DNA of 56,150 nt, counting the filler, from Stramenopiles sp. TOSAG23-2 (lineage: Eukaryota): the NCBI GenBank assembly GCA_900128395.1. It is 4 parts of 4 records of this genome, joined end to end, with 100 filler letters (N's around TTAATTAATTAA, not from the genome) between each part and the next. Parts side by side here need not be neighbours in the genome. Positions count along the whole stretch, not along the records: positions 1 to 13,988 come from LT649776.1; positions 14,089 to 28,051 come from LT649777.1; 2 more parts are not named here. The stretch is one strand, 5' to 3'. The position numbers were made by a program, and so were the translations under genes. The notes under the pieces were generated by a model, which ran no database searches, was not told where the DNA came from, and was given only the letters and a program-made list of their open reading frames with translations. Positions 11,705 through 23,700 of this stretch are shown in pieces. Within the stretch, counting starts at the first letter, position 1, and each line of letters opens with the position of its first letter.

Positions 11705-13858
11705 TCATGCTACATAACGCGACTGGTAAATTAAAGCCAATTCAATAATATCATTAGCTATATCATGCAATTCATGATCGTATTTTGCATACGAATAATT
11801 ATTTATTTCCTTTGAACGTTGTTCTTCAACTTCTTTTTTTATTGACGCTTTTACTTCAGCGTATGCTTCTTTATACGATAAAACCATTGTATCATACAGT
11901 GCAATACGCAATAATTTTAAAACATCGATATTTTCATGTTTCCAACACTGCTCCTCATTTTTTAAAATAGCAGGTGCACGTAAACCACTGCTATTGCTAA
12001 GTCCAGTTAATGTCGATTGAAAATTAATATTTTCATAATCTAATAATTCATCAAATTTTTCAACTGTAGTACCATCAGGAATTCCTACTGTGCCTCCATG
12101 TTTTAAATTCACGTATTCATCTTGCGTAAATGCCATGTCTAAATCAAGATATCCAAGAAATGCATGGTGCTCGTTTGCCATTTCATTTGCTACATTTCTA
12201 GGGTCTAAAACAACCATATTGTTGGAATGCGCATTACAGTGCCATTGCCCTTCATGACATAACGAATCTTGATATGTGCCCCAACTGGTTTTACATCGAT
12301 TATGTAACACACTCATAAATCTGCCACAATCATAACCCAATCTACTAAATAAGTAGGGTAACACGCTGCGACTGTTACTTTTTAATTTCATTTCTTTTAA
12401 CTTATTATCAAGTCGAGATGAAATCTCTGCCCACTTTTTGTTCCAACGACTATCCATTGGAATTTCCTCTTCTTCATCACTAGAGTGTAGCAACGTACTC
12501 CATTGAGTATCAGGTATATCCAATGGTGACTTCTCATGAAAATCAAAATGTATTGCATTAGCAATTGAATTTCTATCTCGTGGTACCGACCAAACATAGC
12601 CAAAATTTTTTGCTTTACAAATATCCGCATCTGATCCTATAAATTTATAGGATGTAAGTAACATGGCGTCGCCGATAAAATTAGCTGTACTTTCTGGATA
12701 ATTACTACAATCATCAACCTTGGGCCGAGATTTTGGAAACAGTGCTAGCACGTTTTCTCTTGATATTGCATTTGCATCAACAATTTTATTTAAAAGCAAA
12801 AATATCCCACTTAATAAGTGGCTATGTAATCTACGATCGCCTAATGTTTGTTCTACGATACAAGCTGTTTGAAAGATATCGCCTTTTCCGCGGCCAAATG
12901 GTAATTGATCTATTCCTTCATATTTCCAATATCCGTGAGGAATATTAGCTGGGATTACACCCAATGTGGTCATCGGGGGTAATAATTTTGACCCAACATA
13001 GTTTTCACAAATTGCAGTGTGTACAAAAGCTGATCCACGAATTTCTGAATATTCCTCCTGGGTGTATTTCTTACTTTTTTCATCATACACCAATTTGCTA
13101 CTATTTTGAATCACAAAACCTTGATCGTAATTTCCACAACCTTTTAGTCTATACCATACTTTTCTCTCATCATGCCTTGTGCTATTTATTATTTGCTTTA
13201 CTTTTACTATTGCCGAACGCACACCACTGGCATATGCTTTTTCAAATGCTTGCGTAACTGATGCAGATGCATGCCGATGATTAACTTTTATCAATGGCTG
13301 AGAAAAATTTCTAATTGAATTAATGAATAAAGTTCCATTTTTTTGTATATTAGCTCTAGTGGTATCATTTGACTTATAAACTTGACTATTTTTGTGCTCT
13401 TCTTCTATATTAGTTTTCGTCACGTTATTCTTACATTTATGGACATTTTTTTCACATTTCTGAATTTTAATAACATCTAATCGTGGCATACACGGTATCA
13501 CAACAACTGAAGTTAACGGGTTTTTGAAACTGTTACTGTTGTTAGCTACATTACTCGTTTTGATCGGCTTATACCTTTTCATAGTATTTGGCGCGTATTT
13601 AATACCTCCTTCACGTATGGATAGACCACTATCCAATTTATAAAATTTTAAATCAAACATTTCAAACTTCCCTTTCGCAAACTTAAAAAATACAGGTAGC
13701 GTACCATAATAAATTTCATCTAAACCAAAATTTCCGATATTTAAGTTGATTTGTTTCTTCTTTTCACGCTGTCTTATTATTTGACAAGCAATTCCTGTCG
13801 CGGAAAGCAAAATATAAACTAAGCTCGCAGTAGTGGGGGTATTATTACAATTGTTCAT
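11705..13858 (-). CDS. Mirror copy of the 717-aa atypical kinase-like protein
   Basis: Identical translation to 131..2284. Confidence 0.6.
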   Translation of the reverse strand: MNNCNNTPTTASLVYILLSATGIACQIIRQREKKKQINLNIGNFGLDEIYYGTLPVFFKFAKGKFEMFDLKFYKLDSGLSIREGGIKYAPNTMKRYKPIKTSNVANNSNSFKNPLTSVVVIPCMPRLDVIKIQKCEKNVHKCKNNVTKTNIEEEHKNSQVYKSNDTTRANIQKNGTLFINSIRNFSQPLIKVNHRHASASVTQAFEKAYASGVRSAIVKVKQIINSTRHDERKVWYRLKGCGNYDQGFVIQNSSKLVYDEKSKKYTQEEYSEIRGSAFVHTAICENYVGSKLLPPMTTLGVIPANIPHGYWKYEGIDQLPFGRGKGDIFQTACIVEQTLGDRRLHSHLLSGIFLLLNKIVDANAISRENVLALFPKSRPKVDDCSNYPESTANFIGDAMLLTSYKFIGSDADICKAKNFGYVWSVPRDRNSIANAIHFDFHEKSPLDIPDTQWSTLLHSSDEEEEIPMDSRWNKKWAEISSRLDNKLKEMKLKSNSRSVLPYLFSRLGYDCGRFMSVLHNRCKTSWGTYQDSLCHEGQWHCNAHSNNMVVLDPRNVANEMANEHHAFLGYLDLDMAFTQDEYVNLKHGGTVGIPDGTTVEKFDELLDYENINFQSTLTGLSNSSGLRAPAILKNEEQCWKHENIDVLKLLRIALYDTMVLSYKEAYAEVKASIKKEVEEQRSKEINNYSYAKYDHELHDIANDIIELALIYQSRYVA

Positions 13859-13988
13859 TTGTTTGGGTATGCGGGTTTCAAAGTTTTGATGGAGTCAATG
13901 CATATGTAAGCACAATCAAGTATCGTAAGAATATATTCACAAGCAATGTGTATTATGCAATATACGAAAGGTAAAAATGTTTCTTTCT

Positions 13989-14088
13989 NNNNNNNNNNNN
14001 NNNNNNNNNNNNNNNNNNNNNNNNNNNNNNNNTTAATTAATTAANNNNNNNNNNNNNNNNNNNNNNNNNNNNNNNNNNNNNNNNNNNN
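13989..14088. other. Artificial contig-concatenation spacer
   Basis: N44 + TTAATTAATTAA (stops in all six frames) + N44 = 100 bp. Confidence 0.98.
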
Positions 14089-14730
14089 TTGGATAAATAA
14101 AAAAAAAACAATATTTTGGCACAAATTCGGCCGGCTGCTATGTGCTTGGTAATAATAAATTCAAAAAAATATAGTATACAATCATCATCTCCCAGATCTC
14201 ATCATAAAATTTCAGTAATTTATGAGGCTGTCCGAATGCTAGACGACTATACTGAGTATTATAGCCGAGGATCGTTATTATAATTGAAGAAGAAAGGTTC
14301 TAGTTATATCGGCAAAAACTCACGCAAGTATAAAATTATAGTAGTCAAAAAAATATCCCGTCCCATGCTCCATGCTATTTCAATGCTACTAGCTCCCTGA
14401 AAAACGTTGGCCCAGCAAAAAAGAGGTCAAAAAAGGAAAAAATTTTGTTTCAAACTACAAATACTTTAATACCAATGTAACATAATCTAAATATATTTAG
14501 TATAATACATCATATACATGTAGATGATATACAAATACAATTCATGATCTTTCATTGGCATCTACATATCTTTTATTTTCCAACTCTGTAAACATTTTCT
14601 TTTCCTTTTTCTTTTTTTTTTAAATTTCCGTTTAAGTACATACATTTAGTCGATAATATAATAGAACACGCACCACTCTCAATATTATGTACAGGGTGAT
14701 GTGCACAAATTTGTATGTGTTAATTCGTTA

Positions 14731-15768
14731 TTACATGATAATACATTTAGGTTTCGTTCTTTTCGTCGTTTCTTTTTTTTCTTCAAATTTTCGTTGATCT
14801 TTAATACCAGCTCCCCTTATATTCACAGTCTTTCCACCTTCATTTTCTATGATCAATTTACTCACATTATAAAATGATTCATCTACATTTGAACCGGTCT
14901 TTGCTGATGTTTCAAAGTATTGTATATTATATCTCTTCGCAACCGCATCAGCCTCTTCAACAGTTACTTGTCGCTTTTTTGCTAAATCGCTTTTATTTCC
15001 AACTAAAATTATTTGTACATTTGTATTTGCATGTTGACTAATATTCTTCATCCAATATTCAATATTAGTAAACGTGCTTTTTTCGGTTATGTCAAATACC
15101 AATACAATACCATGCGATCCTTTGTAATATGCCCTAGTAATAACATGAAAACGTTCTTGCCCTGCCGTGTCCCAAATTTGACATTTGACACGTTTATTAT
15201 CAATATTTGTATAATGAACTTTATAATCTATTCCTACGGTACTGATAAAATTATGCTTGTAATTGTTATCTCTATATCGCTTTAACAAACAAGTCTTACC
15301 AACGCCACTATCGCCTAATAATAAAATCTTGACATATACATCAAACTCTTCCTTCGATTCTTCTTTTTTGCCATTTGGCTTATCCGTGCTTGTGACTGGT
15401 TGTTTGTTCAGTTGTGATTCTAGTTTTTCTAACGCAATTTCCTCTTTTGGTTTTTTGTTCATTTTTGCTTTTGGCGGGCCAATTACTGGGTTTGGGTTAT
15501 TTAAAATTCGTAACGATGCAGTAGATACTTGTCCTTTCTTCTTCTTTTGCTTCCCCTTGTCTATATCCCCAGATGCATCATCTTCATGAAATGACTGTGA
15601 TCGAGATCTTCCTCTAACAGGAGTTTCGTCTAAATCTTCATCTTCACTACTTGTATATTTTCTTCCATTTGATGGCCCGTCTGTAGAAACAAAAATTTGT
15701 TCATTTTCGTGAAAAGCTCTGGACCTTGTTCTGCCTCTACCAGAATCTTGTTGTACAAATTCAGACAT
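14731..15768 (-). CDS. Rab GTPase, Rab8/RabE/Sec4-like, with ~140-aa N-terminal extension
   Basis: Motifs GDSGVGKT, FISTVGIDYK, WDTAGQERF, NKSD and ETSAK, with C-terminal CIIM. First ATG (MSEFVQQ) is at 15768. Confidence 0.9.
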   Translation of the reverse strand: MSEFVQQDSGRGRTRSRAFHENEQIFVSTDGPSNGRKYTSSEDEDLDETPVRGRSRSQSFHEDDASGDIDKGKQKKKKGQVSTASLRILNNPNPVIGPPKAKMNKKPKEEIALEKLESQLNKQPVTSTDKPNGKKEESKEEFDVYVKILLLGDSGVGKTCLLKRYRDNNYKHNFISTVGIDYKVHYTNIDNKRVKCQIWDTAGQERFHVITRAYYKGSHGIVLVFDITEKSTFTNIEYWMKNISQHANTNVQIILVGNKSDLAKKRQVTVEEADAVAKRYNIQYFETSAKTGSNVDESFYNVSKLIIENEGGKTVNIRGAGIKDQRKFEEKKETTKRTKPKCIIM

Positions 15769-16271
15769 AACTATATATACGATTGTTTTTATTGACACTA
15801 ATAAATTACTTGTGACTCCTATTATTGCTAAAAAATACTGTTAAACTATGATTACACTTATACTATGTATGTATGTATATATATAAAGCGTTTGCTTTTC
15901 TCTTTCTATATATATATTTAGGTATATAGTAATATATATATATATATATATATATGTATTATCTATACTATATAAATGATGTATAGAAAACAAATGGGGT
16001 AGATATTTTATCTTGAAGCAATGATCCACTACAGCAATATATATCTATATCTATATCAATATATGTATACGATACAAAACGATACTGCTGTTGTTTGATT
16101 ATATATGTGTAATGTTATTGTTTTTCAAATTCATTGAGTTGAAAACGGTGGTAGTCGTCTATATATAAATGTATTTCTAGTTTTACTTCATATATAAAAC
16201 TATACATCAATATATTCTGTATTATGAACAGGTATAAACAATAATAATATGAATATATTATCTGCAAAATT

Positions 16272-16592
16272 ATGTATTGTACCAAGTATGATATTAAATA
16301 TTATAATTGCAATTTTGGTGCCCTGCTATGTCCAGCCTGGTTTTGTCCAGCTGTCGTCTATTATTCTTTATTATACTACCAGGTACTGTACCGTTGCTAC
16401 CAGAAAAGTTTCACGGACAATGATGTACCGATGTACCCGCTTACCAGCTTACCAGCTTACCAGGCTTACAAATATTCCGAATCATGTTTGCCAGAGCAAG
16501 CCGATCCAAACGAGTCAGATGAGGATAACGAAGAAATGGTAGAGAAAGAAGAAGAATTGATTTCTGAGTATCATAATCAACATACCAGGTAA
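16272..16592 (+). CDS. Possible small protein or exon (hydrophobic Cys/Tyr-rich segment, acidic tail)
   Basis: 106-aa ORF with higher GC than its flanks and a donor-like CAG/GTAAT near its end. No recognisable family. Confidence 0.25.
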   Translation: MYCTKYDIKYYNCNFGALLCPAWFCPAVVYYSLLYYQVLYRCYQKSFTDNDVPMYPLTSLPAYQAYKYSESCLPEQADPNESDEDNEEMVEKEEELISEYHNQHTR

Positions 16593-16705
16593 TTGCAGGG
16601 GTGCAATTATTATATATATTTGAAATACAATTGGCACATTGGTGCATTGCTCTCGTAACTAGATATTATTTACAAAAGTACATATATACATATTATACAT
16701 AAATC

Positions 16706-17344
16706 ATGGTTGGTTATCAAAAAAACAAATTGATTATTAATTTATTGCGCTTATCAGCATTAATTTGGTGCCCTGCTGCTGTCTATTCATATTACCCTCT
16801 TTCCAATTTATTCAATTTTCATGCAGTATCCCTGTCTATTTTAATTTTTGTATTGGTATGTAGCTACATTGAAGCTTCAGCGGCAAGGTACAGTGGAGGC
16901 AATGAAAAACAGGAGCATCAACGTTATCATAAATATGGCATGATAATTTCTGTCTTTATATCAATTGTTGGTGTTATATTTATGTTGAAAAGAAGATTTG
17001 ATCAAAATAAAGGAATTTTGTTTATTGATAGGTCACCAACTACACATAGTTCCTTTGGATTATTATGGATTTGTTTAATGTTTATTTCTTCAAGCAGCGG
17101 ATGGATTACACATTCTGATGAGAAAGAATTAAGTGGTATAGGATTAAGTATTTTGAAATTTCTTGGTATGAATAATAATATCAAAAAAGGAAAACTTGTT
17201 ATGAAACGTTATCATCGAAATTTCAGTTTTATTTCTTTAACAACCGTATTTGTTGCCAGTGCATTGGGTTTGTACAAAAGCAAAAGGGTCATTTTATCGT
17301 ATTCATTAGGATTTATATATTTTTTAATGTGCTTGATTTTTTAG
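16706..17344 (+). CDS. Cytochrome b561 family transmembrane protein
   Basis: Multiple TM helices with four spaced His candidates for heme ligands: FNFHAV, RYHKYG, TTHSSFG, RYHRNF. Confidence 0.75.
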   Translation: MVGYQKNKLIINLLRLSALIWCPAAVYSYYPLSNLFNFHAVSLSILIFVLVCSYIEASAARYSGGNEKQEHQRYHKYGMIISVFISIVGVIFMLKRRFDQNKGILFIDRSPTTHSSFGLLWICLMFISSSSGWITHSDEKELSGIGLSILKFLGMNNNIKKGKLVMKRYHRNFSFISLTTVFVASALGLYKSKRVILSYSLGFIYFLMCLIF

Positions 17345-17778
17345 AACCATTCTATCCTTTTGATAGAATCTTTATATCGAGGTTTCAAACTGGTGTATCG
17401 CCGGTGGGTCATATAAATATATATAAAAATTTTCTCTTTTACTCTATATTTTTATAATAATTTAATTTACGCATAATTTATTTTTAATTTACTCATGATA
17501 ATTCCTACTCTTCAAAAGAATAAAATAACTGAAATAATCTATCTCACACAAGTGTGTTGATATTCTCATAATATTTATATATATATATATATATAAATGT
17601 CATATGATATGCATAAAATCTCAAATACGAAAACGATATTTTTTTATCACACATGTGTATGATACAAACACTACGAAGTACTTTTTATTTATTTTTTATA
17701 TAATATATTTGTATGATACATTATAATATTTTAATTTACGCATAATTTATTTTTTTTATAAATATTATAAAATGACAC

Positions 17779-20700
17779 TCATTTTGGGGACGCTGTAAAT
17801 TTAAAACCATAATATTCGCCAATCATTTTTCCAATAGCTTTCCACTTATAGGTAATTGTATTTGACTGAATTACAACAGGATTTTTTGGCCAATTATCAC
17901 TTTCTTGGCAATATTTTATTTCATCGCCTCCATTACCAGGTGTAATAATCAATGAATCATAATATTTCCTGGAACTACATTGAGTATCAAATTCCAATAT
18001 CATTGCTTCGCAATCTGGAAAGGTGATTTCACCCTCCAGTTTACAACCTCGTTGGGGATGGCGAGTTTGGACTGTTTTTATTTTTTCATCTGGTAATTCA
18101 TTTAATCCATTTACTGTAAATTTCCATCCATAATAATCTTTATCTAATGAATCTGTTTTGTCAAATTTATAAACAAAACTGTTTCCTTTAACAATGACAG
18201 GTTCCCATGGGAAATTTATTCCTGTATATTTATAATCATTACCTTCGCTATCTTTTATAATGAAGTTTGTATAGTACTCTTTTAAAGAGCAAGCGTCATC
18301 AAAAAGAATCGAAACACCTTGTATATCCTCTGATTCAAATTTTACAGTTATCTCTGGCGCTGGGAAAGGATCTTTTTCTGTTGATGGATGCATAGGATGA
18401 GGTGATTGAAAGACTTGACCATCGACAGCAACAATAGTTGTGTCTTCATAATATATATTGGCTTCTTCTTCTCCCTGTTCTGCTTCTTTTACCTCCTCAT
18501 TGCCACCGCCACCATCACCACCTAAATTCAATCCTCCTAAATCAAGATTAATTCCTTCAAGTGAAGCCGCAGCTTCGCTTGCCTTTTTCAATTCTGCACC
18601 AGTAGCACCCTTTTTTCTACTTCTTGCAGCGACATTTGCCTTTCTTTGTCTCACTTCTAATTCAGCTCGTTTTTTTGCCAATTCTGACATTTTATCATCT
18701 CTCTCTGCTTTACTTTCATTCATCTTTTTAATAGTTTCATCCCTTTGCTTCTGCCTCTCTGCTCGTTTTTTACGCCATTTAGCCATGAAATCAAGCTCTT
18801 CACCTTCTTCCTCCTCTTCTCCCTCCTCCTCTTCAACTTTTACTTCAACATCTTCCACTCCATTCTTCTTCTTATCATTTGCATGTTTTTCAGCCAGTTT
18901 CAACTCCCTTTCTTTTCGTCTCTTTTTTGCTTCTTCCCTTTTCTTTTTTTTCCGTTCCTCTTCTGCAGCAATATCAATATCTGATTTATCATTACGGTTT
19001 TGTACCATTTCTTCCAATGCTGCAGCACGACTACTGGAAGTAGTACTCGTGTCAAATAATTTTGCAAATTCGTTATATTCAATGGCATTGTCACCATCAA
19101 CATCCATCATAGTTGCAATGTTGTCCAAATCAGTTTGATTCATGGAAACTCCAGTAGAAAGGAACACTGATTTCAACTCATCATGGGACAAGAAACCATT
19201 ACCATCTGAATCGAATTCAGAGCAAATATCAACAATATTCTTGTCAACCAAATATTCACGAATTTGGTCCACTAACGATAGTAAATGATTAAAAGACTCA
19301 TCATCGGAAAATGAAAAAACTTGCCTAATAGGCATACCAGTCCATGAATTTCTAGACCTTCTTCGTGCTCTGAGGGAAGCTTCAAAGAAATCTCTTCTTT
19401 CACCTTTGGCATTGGAGCGAAATGCAAAAAGTAACGATTTTGCTTCATCCTCTTCATAAAACATTTCATTGTTCCAAAATTTTAAACATTGTATATTTAC
19501 CTTCAAACTTGTTGAAATTGATGGTTGCTGGTTTTCATTTTTACGTTCTTGATATTCCTCACTTGTTTCACCTTTTAAAATTGAATTGTTACCACCTTCA
19601 TGTGTGATAGTTTTCATGGAAAAATTAGTTTCTTCTGGAATTCTATTGTTTGTATCACTATTAGTATTATTACAACTATTACTACTATCCTGTTTCTCGT
19701 ATCCTTGAGTTGCTTCAAATACAATGCCTTGCGGCAGTAACAACAAAGCTAATTCACCGGCAATATTAGTAGTGCCACTTTTTCTTACCCTTTGAATGAA
19801 ACGTCTCATAGATTCCGCTTCGGATAGTGTCAAGACTACTGTCCTCCGCTCGTTGTTGTCTTTATTTACAACCCAATCGAGAACGATATTTACATTTTTT
19901 AACTTTAATGGTTTTGTAAAGTCACGGCCAATAGGAGCAAAGTTTGTGGATTGCAACATGGATTGTGGGAATTCCAAACTTTCAATTCGTGGAAAAAATA
20001 ATTTCGAAAAATTGAAATCTTTTGGACGAGGAGTGAAAATACTTAATGGATAGAATGGAAATGCATCCTCCCATTTTGTACCTTCGGATGATAATTCAAT
20101 AGATTTGTCATAACTTAATGGCTCTTTTTCTAAAATTTTTGTACTCCATTGATATGGACGGGAATTATCACGTGCAAACATGGATTCAACTTGCTGTTGT
20201 TGTTGCTTCTGTTTTTGTTGTTCCTGTTCTCGTTCTTTTTCTCTCGTCATTTCACTATTAAGTCCTTTTTTTTCATTTCCTGTACTCTCAGCTTGTCCAC
20301 CGGTTTTCAAGACGTCGTCTACTTGCTTCATTACTATGTTGACAATATCTTTTTGCTCAGGTTGATCACAAAGCATTGCATTGCTTTGTACCATTTTATC
20401 CAACATTTCACTATATGGTTCGGATATTGGTATTGATGTTGGAACATCAAAATCAACTAAATCTTTCAACGCGTTGATGGAACTTTGCAGCGTTTTTGCC
20501 CCATCTGTTGTGCCTAAAAAGCGTTGTATCCCTTTTGGTATAGAATCGTTGTCGATAACACCAGACGATGCCATAAGGTTGTTCAAGGCTACCTTTCGCC
20601 AGATAGTCGACATATTCTGTTGACACAATTGCAAAAATTGAAGTTTCTCCATTTTCATACCATTTAATTGTAACCATGCTGCGACATCGTCTTCAACATT

Positions 20701-23700
20701 ACCAGTCAGTCTGGGTAACGTTTTTTTTATCAAACGTTTAATTTCAGGCACAATATACAAATGTACTGTCTGCCCTTTTCCAATTCCTCTCATGCGATAA
20801 GCACCTTGTGCATAATCACGGAATATCATATCTTTACCAATTGTTAAGCAAGCACATGCATTTATTTGCTGTTTAATATCCATACCTGTTGTATGAACTT
20901 GATCATAAAATGTAAAGCGACTTCCTTTTGATAAACCGCATTCAGATAATGGAATGCATTTTTCAGCGCCTCGGATATAGATCATTTTTCTATCAAGATG
21001 ATCTAAAAAGACACAACCTTGTAAATGATTTAATCCTGTATCAACAAGATATCGTGCTACTTCTTCGTTACTAAAGCCAGTCACCAAAGCTCCTGTGTCA
21101 ATCAATGCATGAAATGGAGGAGAAGTTGACTGCGCAATTTGATCAAGCACGCCTTTAACAGTCCATTCCTTAGCATTAGGAAGCATCAAATCTAAGCTAA
21201 TTTGCGCTTCTTTAGTAACTGCATCATCAGTTAGACTACGTATGATTTTTCCTTCACTTCCTTTTTCAAAATTACAAGGGACAATATCAACAGGCAGTAA
21301 GTTTGATGGAGTCCCTGAAAAACCAAGACGTCTTCCAAATAGCATATCACTGCCCAATTCTTGCCCAGACGCAGTTATTTTCACGCGTTGCTGTTGCATA
21401 GTTTTTGGAAAAACAATTTGCCTTAGGTAATAATGTATCACGTCTGGTTCCATAGAAAGTAGTTTATGCAATTTTTTTAATTGCTTCGCATCTGCTAATT
21501 GAAACAGCTCTAAATCCATTATTTCACGCCTCTTATTGTTTTTACTGCATGTAGTATTGACCCAATTTTCAAACCTTACATACGCTGGCCTTTGCTTTTT
21601 TGGACCAGATTCTTGATGTAAATTTTCTTTCAACATACGTATAATGGTTTTCAAATCCGATTCTCTCAAGCCTTCATATCGATATGCCAAAATTGTTGCC
21701 CCAATAAGCACATCCGGCTGAGCAAATTCAGCAGCTGATGACGGCACATCTTTACCAACAAATGGTATACCTAACAATTTCCTTGACGCTGGTTGGTCCG
21801 CTTTTAAAACTGCTGCGTCTTGAGGTTGAAGCAGACCAAATGATACACGATCAACTTTAGATAAAATATGCGGTACAAAAGAACTGCTCCAATCGTGTGC
21901 AAGATTTAAGCATTGAAGAGCCAATTTTCCAAGATCTCCTTGTGTTTCTAAGACTTGCACAGCATCTTTTGATGAGGAGTTATTTCCTTTTCCAACATAT
22001 TTCAATAGTTCTTCATGGCTAGGTATTTCCTTTAAACCTTCAAAAATATGGTGAGCCTTCATCCATGATAATGCACGTTTGCCAATAATGTCTCTCACCG
22101 ATCCTTCATAAAATTCATGATCAAGCAACACAAGATGTGGCGTTTGCTGGAGCGTTTTCTCTTTGATCCCATTTTTAAAAACATTAATTAACTCTTGAAT
22201 ACTACTATCATTAGCAGCATCACTATTTCCCATGGCTACATATGAAGCCTTTAATATGATGTCTAACAAGTATATTGGTAGATCCCATCGTGTTGGATTT
22301 GGCGTTAAAGGAAATTTTTCGCCAATTGGGAAATTAAGCTCCGAACGCAGCGGATGTAAGAGCATATCAACCTCATCAAGAAGAAGTACACCACGCTCTC
22401 TCTCTGACCATAAATTCATGATTTGTGCAATCGCATCTGCTGTATCTGCAATATTTTTTAACTCCTTTATTCTTTCCTTCTTTCTTTTAGCTGCAGGATT
22501 TTTCTCCTCCTGCTGACGTAGAAATCTATCAAAAGTTGCCTCTTCCTTTCCCCCTTCTTTTCCTGGAAGTGGTAAAAGACTTTCATCATCTACTGATGAT
22601 ATTACATTCAATAACTCAACATATTTGTTAGCAATCGATTTAATAGCACTTGGAGTGGTACAAACAATCCCACCTTCGCGTCGTGCTTGTAGCATTTTCT
22701 TATACATTTTCTTATATTTAACAGGCAAGTTTGGCCAAGATCGATCAAATGTCAATGTATACACAGGCTTCACAATTACTTGACAATACTGCTTCCACAT
22801 AACATTTCTTGACATTGTAAGAAGTGCATTTGGAACAACTTGTGTGACTAAAGATTTGGTGTCGGCCAGCATCAATGCTAACAATGGCCCAATTACAGTA
22901 GTTTTCCCTGCACCCATAATCATTTGATGTACCATGCTACTTGAATCCATTCCCCATTCATTTTTACCACCATCAGTAGCTCTAGACATGAAGGTATCAC
23001 AAAGATATATTTGTGACTTACGAAGAAGAAAGCCAGTCAAAAATTCAAACATTAAAAACCTAGGGTCGTATTGGTTTCCATTTTTTGCATAATGACGTGA
23101 TGCTAATAAATTGCCAGTTAAGTTATCAATTTCTTTCCTCATTTTTTTAGCATCAATTTTTTTATCAATTGCACTTGCAACACCATCAATCGCAATGATC
23201 GCCCTCCTTAGCTGTGATATGCGAATTGCGACAAGAACAATGCTTGCAGTACCAGTCAAAAGATCAGAAATTGAATGCCCATCGTGTTCTACATATGGAT
23301 TAAAATTTGTTACATCATTATTTCCTTCAGAACTGACAATGCATGCTGCTAAATGGGTAAGCTGAAGCTTCGCGCGTAAGCCCGAATACTGCTTTAATTT
23401 ATATTCTAAAACATCTCTTGAATTTTCCTCTGGTACACGATTAGCATTTTCCAATAAATATTTGATGCCATCTTTCATTCGCTTGGTATCATCCTCTAAC
23501 GCACTTTGCAATTTATCTCTAAGCTGAAATAATTTTTCTGTTGCAGCATCACCAAATCCCGGAGCTACTGCACCAACCCCATCTCTTTGCTGTTGTTGCT
23601 CATATTCCTCCATAACTTCTGGTGATATACCAACACAAACAAGCGCTTTTCGTGAATTTGTAACTCCAGCAAATGTCACACAATCATCTGCAATGCGCTT

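Larger units (their letters stand above)
7..13982. repeat. Contig-wide inverted repeat (palindrome), axis at 6994/6995 within (TA)16
   Basis: Position i mirrors 13989-i. All ORFs are mirrored with identical translations (131..2284+/11705..13858-, 2419..4203-/9786..11570+, 4810..6162+/7827..9179-). There is no spacer at the axis. The only mismatches I noticed are in the outermost 6 bp. Confidence 0.97.

Noticed and set aside
14033..14044. TTAATTAATTAA as a biological motif (also 28096-28107 and 42149-42160)
   Set aside because: It is embedded symmetrically in Ns and is a standard six-frame stop linker.
17461..17755. ~25-bp direct repeat tttaatttacgcataatttattttt at ~17461 and ~17730
   Set aside because: Short and very AT-rich with no element structure between the copies, so it cannot support a mobile element call.
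18458..19138. Antisense ORFs over the giant gene, kinesin, mannosidase and others
   Set aside because: They are shadow frames of low-complexity or codon-biased real genes.
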